Of a DNA stretch of 64,000 nt, positions 10,853 to 19,690 are shown piece after piece; position 1 is the stretch's first letter, and each line of letters opens with the position of its first letter. Source of the stretch: a virus; the IMG/VR virus record IMGVR_UViG_3300028025_000092. One strand, 5' to 3'. A program made the translations under genes and the position numbers. Under the pieces are notes generated by a model that saw only the letters and a program-made list of their open reading frames with translations, was not told the DNA's origin and did no database searches.

Positions 10853-11425
10853 ATGGCAGGATTACCACATTATACATCTTCTAAGGCGGCGGTTAATAAA
10901 TTCGAACCGATTTTTACGAACCAGTTCGAGGTGTTAATCTCCCCACCTGCTGCTGTAGTAGCTCCGCAGGGGAATCCAAATAATGGAAACATCCTATTAG
11001 AACATGTAAAGAGTATAGAAGGATTAGGTGTTGACCAAAACCCTGGTGAAGTCTTTCAACAGTATAAAAACGCTAAAAGGTATTATGCAGGTGCTAAACC
11101 TCAACAAACCGGATTTGATTTAGGGATAAACTTTGAAGTCAATCTGGATGAAAATAACTCAATGTACGTTTTTAAAACAATGAGACAGTGGGCGGATTTA
11201 ATTTACAACCCACTTACAGGAGCTCTTGGCCTTAAAAAAGACTATACAGGAACTATAGTAATAAGTGTTTTTAATAAAGCTGGAGATGTTCATAGAAGAA
11301 TAACTTGTAAAGATTGTTTTATTATGACTCCTTTATCTCAAATGGATTTAAATTATACAAATCAAAGTTTATTTTCATTAAAGGTTCAATGGGCAGTTGA
11401 TTATTTTGATGACGTATTCTTATAA
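10853..11425 (+). CDS. gp19: Tail tube protein (gp19-like), paralog 1
   Basis: Follows the sheath; 190 aa; MRQWADLIYNPLTG...KKDY, and C-terminal MDLNY...VQWAVDYF are typical of gp19. Confidence 0.85.
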   Translation: MAGLPHYTSSKAAVNKFEPIFTNQFEVLISPPAAVVAPQGNPNNGNILLEHVKSIEGLGVDQNPGEVFQQYKNAKRYYAGAKPQQTGFDLGINFEVNLDENNSMYVFKTMRQWADLIYNPLTGALGLKKDYTGTIVISVFNKAGDVHRRITCKDCFIMTPLSQMDLNYTNQSLFSLKVQWAVDYFDDVFL

Positions 11426-11437
11426 TAAAATTAAAAA

Positions 11438-12016
11438 ATGGCAGGATTACCACATTTTACTAGTGCAAAAGCAGCAGTAAGTCTATACGAACCGGTATAC
11501 TTAAATCAGTTTGAGGTTATAATTCAACCACCCGCTGCGGTTTCCAATCCTGCAGGTAATGCTGGAAGAAGCTTATTGGTTGAAAATATCACCCAAATAT
11601 CTGGTCTAGAGGTTGACAAAACCCCAACACCAGTAGAGCAATTTTACAAATTTGCTAGAAGAAGATATGCAGGTGCTGGTGTAGATCAAACAGGGGTTAA
11701 ACTTAGAATCAACTTTCAAACCAATTTAGATGATAATAACTCCAATTATGTACACAAAACTTTAAGACAGTGGTCAGATTTAGTTTATAATCCTTTGACC
11801 GGTGCAATGGGGATTAAATCCAATTATGCTGGTGGTGCTTATGTTCTAGTTAGTATTTTTAATAAGCAAGGCGACGTTTTTAGAAGAATGAAATTCTTAA
11901 ATTGTTTCCCAACTAAAGCAATTGATCCTATGCCTTTAAGCTATGAGAACGTAGGGGGATTATACACAATTTCAGCAGAATTCAGAGCAGATTACTTTGA
12001 AGATGTGTTTAACTAA
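11438..12016 (+). CDS. gp19: Tail tube-like protein (gp19-like), paralog 2
   Basis: Clearly homologous to the previous ORF (MAGLPHFTS, NQFEVII.PPAAV, LRQWSDLVYNPLTGA, NCFPTKAIDPMPLSY). Confidence 0.85.
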   Translation: MAGLPHFTSAKAAVSLYEPVYLNQFEVIIQPPAAVSNPAGNAGRSLLVENITQISGLEVDKTPTPVEQFYKFARRRYAGAGVDQTGVKLRINFQTNLDDNNSNYVHKTLRQWSDLVYNPLTGAMGIKSNYAGGAYVLVSIFNKQGDVFRRMKFLNCFPTKAIDPMPLSYENVGGLYTISAEFRADYFEDVFN

Positions 12017-12034
12017 TCAAAAATATACAAGATA

Positions 12035-12042
12035 GATATATA
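12035..12042 (+). promoter_or_regulatory. Late promoter box GATATATA
   Basis: Exact motif, abutting the terminator hairpin. Confidence 0.5.
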
Positions 12043-12071
12043 AAAGGCTTATCCTACCGATAAGCCTTTTT
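12042..12071. terminator. Intrinsic (likely bidirectional) terminator
   Basis: AAAAGGCTTATC-CTACC-GATAAGCCTTTTT perfect stem after the tube genes. Confidence 0.8.
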
Positions 12072-12118
12072 ATATGTTTGACATTTAAGAAGCCACCACT
12101 ATTAGCAAATGGACGAGA

Positions 12119-12373
12119 GTGATAGTAAAAACCATAAAAAAATTAAAGGAAAAAGAGAAAAGACTAACCCTTTACAAGGATACATCTCTTATGTTAGCAA
12201 TGTTCTTTCTTCCGCTTGGGTACGACGCCCTATTCAAACTAATAATGGATTTGAGTGGTTCATATTGGGTTGCAGATGTAATCTTTTACTCAATTTCAGG
12301 ATGTTTTTGGTTATCGTATATCTTGCTTACGAGGCATTTAAATAAAAATCCTAAATCTTCATCCAATTTTTGA
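12119..12373 (+). CDS. Small two-TM membrane protein
   Basis: Basic N-terminus and two hydrophobic segments; GTG start; almost fully overlapped by the 12109-12345 ORF in another frame. Confidence 0.55.
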   Translation: MIVKTIKKLKEKEKRLTLYKDTSLMLAMFFLPLGYDALFKLIMDLSGSYWVADVIFYSISGCFWLSYILLTRHLNKNPKSSSNF

Positions 12374-12426
12374 ATTATATTTTATTCTAGATACTACAAT
12401 CAAAGATAGATAAAATATAAAAAGTC

Positions 12427-13407
12427 ATGGATAATAATTTAGATCAAATTGCTTTAGAACAGCTAAGTAGAAAAGAACAAGAAAGTGGCCTTGATTATTC
12501 AGATCTACCAAAAGAAACACAAACCCCTAAATCCCTAGGAAAAGCATCCTATGTAGAGGAAATGGAAAGCATCCAAGGGATGGAATCCCCATGGAAAAAG
12601 CTTCCTATAGAAAATCTTCCATCTGGAGGATTTGGATATCCTAGAGGAATGGAAATGAGCATCAGATCAGCAGAGGTTGGAGAAATTAGGCATTTTTCTA
12701 CTATAGACGAAAATGATCCAATAAACATTGATGAGAAAATTAATCATATAATCTCTAAGTGCTGTAATCTTAAATGGCCAGAAGGTGTTTTAAATTATAT
12801 GGACATTTATCAAGAGGATAGATTTTACATATTTATGGCAATAAGGGATCTAACATTTGTCAAAGGTGAAAATAGAATTTTTATACCAGTCAAAAAGGAT
12901 TGCGCTAAAGGTGATTGTCCTATTCCGTCAGACATTGAGTTAACCTCTGGTATTTTATCCTCCTTTAAATTAGATCCTAAAATCGTTAAATTCTACGACC
13001 AAGAAAATGGATATTTTAATTTAGTTCCAAAAAACGGGGACACAGCCATTCAGCTATTCATTCCAACCATTGGGGTTTCCACTAAAATCCGGAAAATTAT
13101 AAAGGATAAGGTGAAGGGCGGGAAAAAATACGATCAGACTTTTGCTAAAATATCCCCATATTTAATACCAAATTGGAGGGATTTGGACGAAAGAGCATAT
13201 GATGAGTATGAGTTCAATTCTAAAAATTGGACATATACGCAATTTGTTTTAGCTGATAGTATATCAGAGCAAGTAACTTTTGCAACTAAAAACTCTTTAG
13301 AAATAACTTGCAGTAAATGCGGTGCCGAGGTCACTGCTCCTATCCGATTTCGCGGAGGAATCCGATCCCTTTACATTATTTCAGATATCTTTGGACAACT
13401 ACTTTGA
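12427..13407 (+). CDS. gp26: Baseplate hub / tail assembly protein (gp26-like)
   Basis: LPS.G..YP motif, DRFYIFMAIRDLTF, C-terminal CSKCG zinc finger; position after the tube genes. Confidence 0.7.
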   Translation: MDNNLDQIALEQLSRKEQESGLDYSDLPKETQTPKSLGKASYVEEMESIQGMESPWKKLPIENLPSGGFGYPRGMEMSIRSAEVGEIRHFSTIDENDPINIDEKINHIISKCCNLKWPEGVLNYMDIYQEDRFYIFMAIRDLTFVKGENRIFIPVKKDCAKGDCPIPSDIELTSGILSSFKLDPKIVKFYDQENGYFNLVPKNGDTAIQLFIPTIGVSTKIRKIIKDKVKGGKKYDQTFAKISPYLIPNWRDLDERAYDEYEFNSKNWTYTQFVLADSISEQVTFATKNSLEITCSKCGAEVTAPIRFRGGIRSLYIISDIFGQLL

Positions 13408-13585
13408 GATTAAACTCAAATTTGCAAAGGATTATAATATCCCATTCTCAGAACTAGAAAAGCTCCCCTATTTTGAATACCAAATTCTTTTAGAAAAGCT
13501 TAATAAAGAAATAGAGGAAAAAAACAAAAAGATAGTAAAAGAGAAAGATGGCATGGTTCCTTTATTTAATTTAGGCAACTCTTAA
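13391..13585 (+). CDS. gp51: gp51-like small baseplate/tail assembly protein (TTG start at 13391, or +1 frameshift extension of gp26)
   Basis: SLDNYFEIK...YNIPFSELEKLPYFEYQILL resembles the small SLENYY...YSLTELENM.PWER protein that follows gp26 in T4-like phages. No ATG near the 5' end. Confidence 0.6.
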   Translation: MDNYFEIKLKFAKDYNIPFSELEKLPYFEYQILLEKLNKEIEEKNKKIVKEKDGMVPLFNLGNS

Positions 13586-13593
13586 CTCCCTTT

Positions 13594-13601
13594 AATATAT
13601 A
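13594..13601 (+). promoter_or_regulatory. Late promoter variant AATATATA
   Basis: 19 nt before TTG 13621. Confidence 0.5.
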
Positions 13602-13620
13602 CAGGAAATAAGTTCCAATT

Positions 13621-15102
13621 TTGGCAGATTCATTAGAAACAGAACAGGGTAGGTTTGAATACTACAAGAAAAAGCTTGAGGAAGAAAAAGCTAATGTTCC
13701 TCAATTAACCGAGGCTTCCTCTAAAGTTGTAGAATTAGCAATGCATGAGGCAAATAGGGATATATTCCCCCCTATGGGCTTTATAAATTTTAATAAGGTT
13801 CCAGCGGGGGTAGATGCAGAGAAATTCATAGGATATAAGATTGATGATATCCTTAGAGGAACAGTTAAATACATTGAAGAGTTAGAAGAGCAACCACCCG
13901 CATATTTACAAGGATGGGGTATTGCAAATCTTCCTGTTTTTGAAGATTCTGCAGCAGTTAAAGATCTGGTTGCAAAAACAAAAACAGATTATAGCAAGAT
14001 TTCAGAGGAAATATACAATCTAGAAGACGGTGATGAAGCTGATTTCAATAATCCTGTGATGAAAAATTTGAACTCTAAAGATCTTCACGATCTTTTAGAT
14101 TCCACCATGTTAAATTTTCTTAAAGAAATTGGGGTTGAAAGATCAGAATCTGGGGTATCTAATGACAACTATATTCTAGAAAAATCACAAATGCTTTATG
14201 ATTTTTTAACCAAAGCAAATTCCCAAACACAGACAATACCATCAGTAGAACCAAGTGCTACTAAAACAGAGGAAACCCCAACAAGTGTTAAAGAGGCAGA
14301 GAAAATAGAACCAGTTCCTACTTCTCCTATTATCCCAGTAGAAATACCGCAAGCACCGCAAGTTGTTGTAGCGGAAAAAATACAGAATAACGTCGTTGAA
14401 AAATCACAGCCTCCTATAGAACCTCCAAAATCTGAGGTTATACAACCAGTACAAAATATTGAATCCACCCAAACCGTTAGTATAGCAACTCCGGAGACTG
14501 CAAATCAACCAGTATCTCCCTTAGCAGCGGAATCGCCTATGGAATCTAGCTCAACAACAGAATCCTCCGTTAGTACTCCTCTTTTAGATATGCTTGCTAA
14601 TTCTTCTGGTATGAGCTCAGAAGAAATAGCTAAAATGTTTCAGGATCCAGATGCAGCTGGTAACTTACAAAAATCGTTGGATATTTCTTTACCTGGATTA
14701 CCAGAGGGTTTAGCACCAGAAACTGCTAATACAGGATCACCTGCTGCTATTGAAGCAGGCGCACAGACATTAAACCAAACGCAAACAGCAGAGGTAGCAT
14801 CAAAGGTTTCTGAAACTATCAAAATGGCAGAGCCTATTCAGGCTCCCCCAATTACCCCAGTTATTCAACAGGAAAATACCCCTAAACCCGCATCAGCTGA
14901 ATCCCCGGTGTCACAAGAGCAAAAAGTATCAACTGAGGAAAATAAGGAAACCACACCGGCACCAGAAACTAAATCGATGGAGGATAATAAGGACAAAGAG
15001 CAGGATCAGACTAATGCTGAGCTTCTTAAAGTCATGAGAGACGTGTTGAAGACACTACAGGGTCCTTTGATCTTTACTGACGGTAAGCACAACTTTTCAT
15101 AA
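13621..15102 (+). CDS. Acidic, Pro/Glu/Thr-rich hypothetical protein (possible tail hub / tape-measure-related)
   Basis: 493 aa, TTG start, low-complexity disordered C-terminal half; follows the chaperone pair. Confidence 0.65.
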   Translation: MADSLETEQGRFEYYKKKLEEEKANVPQLTEASSKVVELAMHEANRDIFPPMGFINFNKVPAGVDAEKFIGYKIDDILRGTVKYIEELEEQPPAYLQGWGIANLPVFEDSAAVKDLVAKTKTDYSKISEEIYNLEDGDEADFNNPVMKNLNSKDLHDLLDSTMLNFLKEIGVERSESGVSNDNYILEKSQMLYDFLTKANSQTQTIPSVEPSATKTEETPTSVKEAEKIEPVPTSPIIPVEIPQAPQVVVAEKIQNNVVEKSQPPIEPPKSEVIQPVQNIESTQTVSIATPETANQPVSPLAAESPMESSSTTESSVSTPLLDMLANSSGMSSEEIAKMFQDPDAAGNLQKSLDISLPGLPEGLAPETANTGSPAAIEAGAQTLNQTQTAEVASKVSETIKMAEPIQAPPITPVIQQENTPKPASAESPVSQEQKVSTEENKETTPAPETKSMEDNKDKEQDQTNAELLKVMRDVLKTLQGPLIFTDGKHNFS

Positions 15103-15132
15103 TTACGTTTTTTTATTACGAAACTTTTCTTG

Positions 15133-15140
15133 TATATTTG
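15133..15140 (+). promoter_or_regulatory. Bacteroidota-type -7 promoter element TATATTTG (TAnnTTTG)
   Basis: Matches the established TAnnTTTG consensus; 19 nt before ATG 15160, heading the dCMP deaminase/sigma block. Confidence 0.6.
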
Positions 15141-15159
15141 TGTAGTATACTAAAAAGAG

Positions 15160-15408
15160 ATGCCTGAGACAAAAAAAATCTACACAGTTACGGAAGATTT
15201 AAGAAAAATTATCTCTGATTTTTTAGAAAGTCCCTTTGATAACACAAAGGAATCGATCGAAATGATCAGAAGTAAACGGTCGTTTACTGAAGAGGAAATA
15301 AATCAAATTATTAATCTTCTTGGTAAGTTTCCTGCTTATTTAGTTTATCCCATAATAGATTCTTTTAAAGGAAACTTAAAAATAGAAGAAATTGATCAAC
15401 CAGAATAA
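15160..15408 (+). CDS. Hypothetical protein
   Basis: 82-aa ORF, A-rich start context. Confidence 0.7.
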   Translation: MPETKKIYTVTEDLRKIISDFLESPFDNTKESIEMIRSKRSFTEEEINQIINLLGKFPAYLVYPIIDSFKGNLKIEEIDQPE

Positions 15409-15862
15409 CTACAAAGAGCACACAGAGGAAAATTGTCCAGACCTAAAACAATTCAGTCTGGATGTAGTGTATCTAAGAATGGCAAGGGAATGGGCTAAAA
15501 ATTCACATTGCAGAAGAAGCCAGGTAGGATGTTTGGTTGTTAAAAATAAAACGATAATTTCTGATGGATATAACGGAACTCCAACAGGATTTCCCAATAT
15601 TTGCGAAGATCTAGAAAATAATACTTTAGCATCAGTTCTTCATGCAGAAGCTAATGCTATTACTAAGTTAGCAATGAATACTGTTTCGTCACACGGTGGT
15701 ACGATGTATGTTACTCTTTCACCTTGTTTCGATTGTTCTAAATTGATTATACAATCCGGGATAAAGAGAATAGTATTTTCAGAGCTTTATAGAAAAATTG
15801 AATCACTAGATTTGCTTTCACAAGCAGGAATAGAAATTGTTTATATTAACTTACAACCATAA
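15392..15862 (+). CDS. cd: dCMP deaminase
   Basis: SHCRRSQVGC, GYNGTP, HAEANAI and SPCFDC zinc motifs. Confidence 0.95.
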   Translation: MINQNNYKEHTEENCPDLKQFSLDVVYLRMAREWAKNSHCRRSQVGCLVVKNKTIISDGYNGTPTGFPNICEDLENNTLASVLHAEANAITKLAMNTVSSHGGTMYVTLSPCFDCSKLIIQSGIKRIVFSELYRKIESLDLLSQAGIEIVYINLQP

Positions 15863-15874
15863 ACCAAACTAACA

Positions 15875-16498
15875 ATGGCAAAAAGCATCCAAGAATTAGC
15901 AGAGAAATTTTTAGAAACCTCTCAAGAAAAAGATTTTAAATCTCTTTATGATAGAATTAAACCTGGATTGCTTAACCATTGTAAATCTATATTAATAGAC
16001 GAAGAAGTTGCACAGGATGCTGTTTCTAAAACATTTGAAAAGATATGGGTTAAGGTAGCTCAGTATGATCCAGCAAGGGGTAATTTTTCTACCTGGGCAT
16101 ACAATATAGCAAGAAATGAATCCTTGCTAATTAAGAAAAATTCTAAAAAATTCACGCCTCTTGTTTATGAATCTGTCGAACTTGATGGAAGAGACTATGA
16201 TGAATTTATCCCTCTTTCTCATATTACGCCAGAAGGTATTTTCTCTGAACCCGAGTGGGAGATAAATAATCAAGAGGGTGGTTTTGATGATTTATACGAA
16301 GTAGTTCTAGAAAAAATGAGACACCTTCCTGCGATTTATAAGGATATTCTTATGGATAGAGAAATTCATAAAATGAAATATCAAGATATTGCAGATAAGT
16401 ATGACATGAAAAAAAGAGCAGTTGCAACAAGAATCAGAAGAGCTAGAATTAAAATCAGGGAAATGTTTCCAGGTATCAAATTAAATTTTATTGACTAA
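15875..16498 (+). CDS. ECF-type sigma-70 family RNA polymerase sigma factor
   Basis: Region 2 AQDAVSKTFEKIW...YDPARGNFSTWAYNIARN; region 4 LPAIYKDIL...MKYQDIA...AVATRIRRAR. Confidence 0.9.
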   Translation: MAKSIQELAEKFLETSQEKDFKSLYDRIKPGLLNHCKSILIDEEVAQDAVSKTFEKIWVKVAQYDPARGNFSTWAYNIARNESLLIKKNSKKFTPLVYESVELDGRDYDEFIPLSHITPEGIFSEPEWEINNQEGGFDDLYEVVLEKMRHLPAIYKDILMDREIHKMKYQDIADKYDMKKRAVATRIRRARIKIREMFPGIKLNFID

Positions 16499-16499
16499 T

Positions 16500-16961
16500 A
16501 TGTTTTCAAATCCTTTTAAAATTTTCGGGGTTATCAGAGACATTAGAAATTATTTTTTTCTAAGAAAGATAATCAAAAGAGAGATGATAAATTCACCTCT
16601 GTGGACAAAAAATAATCTTAGAGTGGATTGGATAGGCAGGATCTACACTGTTGTGAATCTTCCTCCAGAGGTTACTATGTCACCAGATCTACCTAGGGAG
16701 CTCTGGCCAGCATATCTTGTCGACCAATCCAAGGGATTGAACGAGTATCTAACCTCTCTCAATCTCCATGAGATTATCATACCCGAGTACAAAGAAATAC
16801 CAGAATCTACATCATATTTGCTAATTTATTATCCATACTTTAGAAATCTTACCAAATGGTGGATTATATCAAGGACTATTTTTTGGACAAGTGCTATAAT
16901 AATAGAATCAAAAACCCATTGGATATCAAATGGGTTTAATTGGATAATATCATTTTTTTAA
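16500..16961 (+). CDS. Hypothetical protein with C-terminal hydrophobic segment
   Basis: ORF 16491-16961; ATG at 16500, just after the sigma stop, is the likelier start. Confidence 0.7.
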   Translation: MFSNPFKIFGVIRDIRNYFFLRKIIKREMINSPLWTKNNLRVDWIGRIYTVVNLPPEVTMSPDLPRELWPAYLVDQSKGLNEYLTSLNLHEIIIPEYKEIPESTSYLLIYYPYFRNLTKWWIISRTIFWTSAIIIESKTHWISNGFNWIISFF

Positions 16962-17708
16962 TTGGAGTCAGAAGAAATTGTAAGAGAAAGTTATCCGTGG
17001 GGCAGAGCGTACGTTGTAACAAAATCAGATGGGACTAAGCTAGTTTTTCCTTCAGTCACTACCGTTTTAAAGCTCATTACTGAGCCTAAATTTAGACCAT
17101 TAAGAGAAAAGTTCGGTGAAGCTAGATGGCAAAAAATACTCGATGATGCATCTTTTAGGGGAACTGTTATGCACAATATGCTTGAGCATTTTCTTTTAGA
17201 GTATGCTGAATCTAGATCGGTAGAAAAGAGTTTAGTCATTGCGCAGGATATAGCGAAAGGAGAGGAGGTAAGTTCCCCAGATAAATTACCGTTAATCAAA
17301 AGGGGAAGAGACCTTTTTTGGAATTTTTATCACGAAGAATTTTGGGGCAATATTAAAAAGGTATTGCATAATGAGCTTTTTCTATGGACAGACTTTAGAG
17401 GTGGATGGGCAGGAGCAACAGATTTTATCTATTTAGATCTAAACGATTTAACGGTAGTGATAGATTTTAAATCATCAAGCTCACCGAAAGACGAAGAAGA
17501 TATCCTATCATACAAGTGTCAAATATCTGCCTACATGTTTGCATATGCTGAAAGATACGGAGTAATCCCAGACCGAGGTGAAATATGGATCGCAAACGAA
17601 AAGGATTCAAAACTACAAAGATTTATAGTTACGAAAGATGAGTTCAAAATATACCTTAGAAAATTCTTAGGTTTACTTGGGGAATTCAGAGAAATAAACG
17701 GGATTTAA
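16962..17708 (+). CDS. PD-(D/E)XK exonuclease (Cas4/RecB-like, T4-like exonuclease)
   Basis: FPSVTTVL, RGTVMH, AGATD, VIDFKSS, CQISAY. Confidence 0.85.
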   Translation: MESEEIVRESYPWGRAYVVTKSDGTKLVFPSVTTVLKLITEPKFRPLREKFGEARWQKILDDASFRGTVMHNMLEHFLLEYAESRSVEKSLVIAQDIAKGEEVSSPDKLPLIKRGRDLFWNFYHEEFWGNIKKVLHNELFLWTDFRGGWAGATDFIYLDLNDLTVVIDFKSSSSPKDEEDILSYKCQISAYMFAYAERYGVIPDRGEIWIANEKDSKLQRFIVTKDEFKIYLRKFLGLLGEFREINGI

Positions 17709-17755
17709 CGAAACTTAACCCCCACAAAAACTAAAATATAAATAAAATTAAAAAC

Positions 17756-18208
17756 ATGTCAGAAGAATTTTTACAAGAGGTAGTTGTTGACGAAGCTAAA
17801 GTAGCTGCACTACAAAAAGCATTAGAAACTAAAATGTCCGAACTTTCTAATAAAGTTTATGCCGTTTCTATGAATGCAGAATCCTTAGAGGTTTATTCTA
17901 ATGTTATTGAATCAATTACATGGAAAGGTAAAGAGGGATTAGGTATCTTAGAAATTACTAAGAAGCTAAAGGAAGTTACTAAAAACGGTATATCAAACGA
18001 TGTAATTTTCCTAAACGCACTTACTATAGAAGCAAGTCATTATTTTTTAAACAGATTTGAATCGTCCGGTAGTAGTGTTGCTGAGTCTTTTATTGATTTA
18101 TTCAAAAAGTTAGAGCAAGCATTATCTGCAGTTTCACAGGATAACAAAGATTTAGAAGATCTTAACAAGGATTTAGCTGCTGCACAACAGGGATTAGAAG
18201 CAGTATAG
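17756..18208 (+). CDS. Hypothetical helical protein
   Basis: 150 aa, A-rich leader with TATAAATA at 17737-17744, followed by a terminator. Confidence 0.75.
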   Translation: MSEEFLQEVVVDEAKVAALQKALETKMSELSNKVYAVSMNAESLEVYSNVIESITWKGKEGLGILEITKKLKEVTKNGISNDVIFLNALTIEASHYFLNRFESSGSSVAESFIDLFKKLEQALSAVSQDNKDLEDLNKDLAAAQQGLEAV

Positions 18209-18233
18209 GATAATTTTTACAACCAATTCATAC

Positions 18234-18266
18234 AAAAAGGTCCATTCTTAAGAGTGGACCTTTTTT
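18234..18266. terminator. Intrinsic terminator
   Basis: AAAAAGGTCCATTCT-TA-AGAGTGGACCTTTTTT. Confidence 0.8.
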
Positions 18267-18271
18267 CTGCG

Positions 18272-18279
18272 GATATATA
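18272..18279 (+). promoter_or_regulatory. Late promoter box GATATATA
   Basis: Exact motif just after the terminator, 23 nt before ATG 18303. Confidence 0.7.
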
Positions 18280-18302
18280 TCGATTAAGAAATATAATAAA
18301 GA

Positions 18303-19682
18303 ATGAAAGAAAACAAAATTTTCCCTTGGCTTGTGGCAATTGCTGCTGCTAGCATATCCTTTTCGGCTGCTTTCTATTCTATTTTCGGTATAGGTAAGAT
18401 GTTCGCTGGGGCTTCGACAAATGTGATGGTAATGGCTGCTAGCCTAGAATTTGCTAAATTAGTTATTGCATCATTTTTATACAGATTTTGGGATGACGTA
18501 AATAAAGGATTAAGAGCTTACCTAACAATTGCTTGTTTTATCCTAATTGTAATAACATCCGGTGGTATTTATGGCTTCCTGTCTTCTGCTTATCAAGAAA
18601 CCGCAAATAAGGTAGAAAACATTGATAAAAACACAACAGTGCTTGTTAAGCAAAAGGATATGATCCAAAAGCAGCTAACACAAGCAGAAAAACAATTAGA
18701 ATTTAAGAGTACCAGACAGAATACACTGTCTGATATGAGAAATAGGCAGCAATCAAACGCAGATAATCTTATATCACAAAATAAATCTGCATCATCCGTT
18801 AGAACACAGATGAATTCACTTGGTAAGGAATCAAAAGATCTTGATAATGATATTAAGATCCTCCAGGACACAATCTCTTCAAAAAATCAGCAGATTAGTG
18901 ACATTGAAATGAAAATTTTAAACGTTTCAACAAACAACGATCTTGCTAATGAGGTTGGTCCATTAAAGTACATAGCTAAGCTAACGGGAAAATCTTTAGA
19001 TCAAGTAGTTAACTGGTTTATCATCGCTTTAATGCTGGTCTTTGACCCCCTAGCGATAGCTTTAGTAGTTGCAGCTAACTTTGTCTTCTCGTATATTAGT
19101 AAGGATAAGACTGAACCAAAGAAAGAAGAAAAATCGGAAGATCCTAAAGAACCAGAAGTAGAAGAAACAGCGGATGAAGAAGTTGAAGAAGCCGTAGAAG
19201 AAGTTAATGAAGTCACTAAAGAAGAAACTACGATAAAACCTACTATTTTTATGATAGGGGATACACCTATAAAAAGTGTAGAAGATTCTATCGATTATTT
19301 TTCTGAAGATTATATTAAGAACGAACCTCTTTCTAATTCAACAGAGCCCGAAGAAGCTGAAGATGAAGTTAAAATATCTGAACCAGTTAATGACGATTAC
19401 GAATATGATGTATTCTCTCCGGATTTTACATATGATGAAATATACCCCACAGATTTTACTGAAGATGAAATTGTAGCAGAAGAAGAAATCCAAGAGGAAG
19501 TAATTAAGGAAGAAGAAATCCAAGAGGAAGTAATTAAAGATGCAGAGGATGGAGAATTTGGGGGATATAAACTTGGAAACGTTTATAATTCTAAAAGAAG
19601 TACCAATATAAAAGATTACAAGGATAGAAAAGATACTCCATTAGAGATTCTATTCACTAAGGGTGATCCAACAAGATTATAA
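18303..19682 (+). CDS. Membrane protein: 3 N-terminal TMs, coiled coil, fourth TM, acidic tail
   Basis: SLEFAKLV, TSGGIYGFLS, EVGPLKYIA, VFDPLAIALV; Glu-rich C-terminus. Confidence 0.8.
   Translation: MKENKIFPWLVAIAAASISFSAAFYSIFGIGKMFAGASTNVMVMAASLEFAKLVIASFLYRFWDDVNKGLRAYLTIACFILIVITSGGIYGFLSSAYQETANKVENIDKNTTVLVKQKDMIQKQLTQAEKQLEFKSTRQNTLSDMRNRQQSNADNLISQNKSASSVRTQMNSLGKESKDLDNDIKILQDTISSKNQQISDIEMKILNVSTNNDLANEVGPLKYIAKLTGKSLDQVVNWFIIALMLVFDPLAIALVVAANFVFSYISKDKTEPKKEEKSEDPKEPEVEETADEEVEEAVEEVNEVTKEETTIKPTIFMIGDTPIKSVEDSIDYFSEDYIKNEPLSNSTEPEEAEDEVKISEPVNDDYEYDVFSPDFTYDEIYPTDFTEDEIVAEEEIQEEVIKEEEIQEEVIKDAEDGEFGGYKLGNVYNSKRSTNIKDYKDRKDTPLEILFTKGDPTRL
19479..19538 (+). repeat. 30-bp in-frame tandem duplication (EEEIQEEVIK x2)
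   Basis: gaagaagaaatccaagaggaagtaattaa(g/a) occurs twice. Confidence 0.9.
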
Positions 19683-19690
19683 TTTGTAAT

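Noticed and set aside
13322-13390. GTG 13322 as the start of the gp51-like ORF
   Set aside because: It lies deep inside the gp26 zinc-finger coding region, and the added residues precede the recognisable homology; TTG 13391 or a frameshift is more plausible.
16962-17708. Cas4-like nuclease as evidence of CRISPR-Cas
   Set aside because: A stand-alone PD-(D/E)XK exonuclease common in T4-like phages; no array or other cas genes seen.
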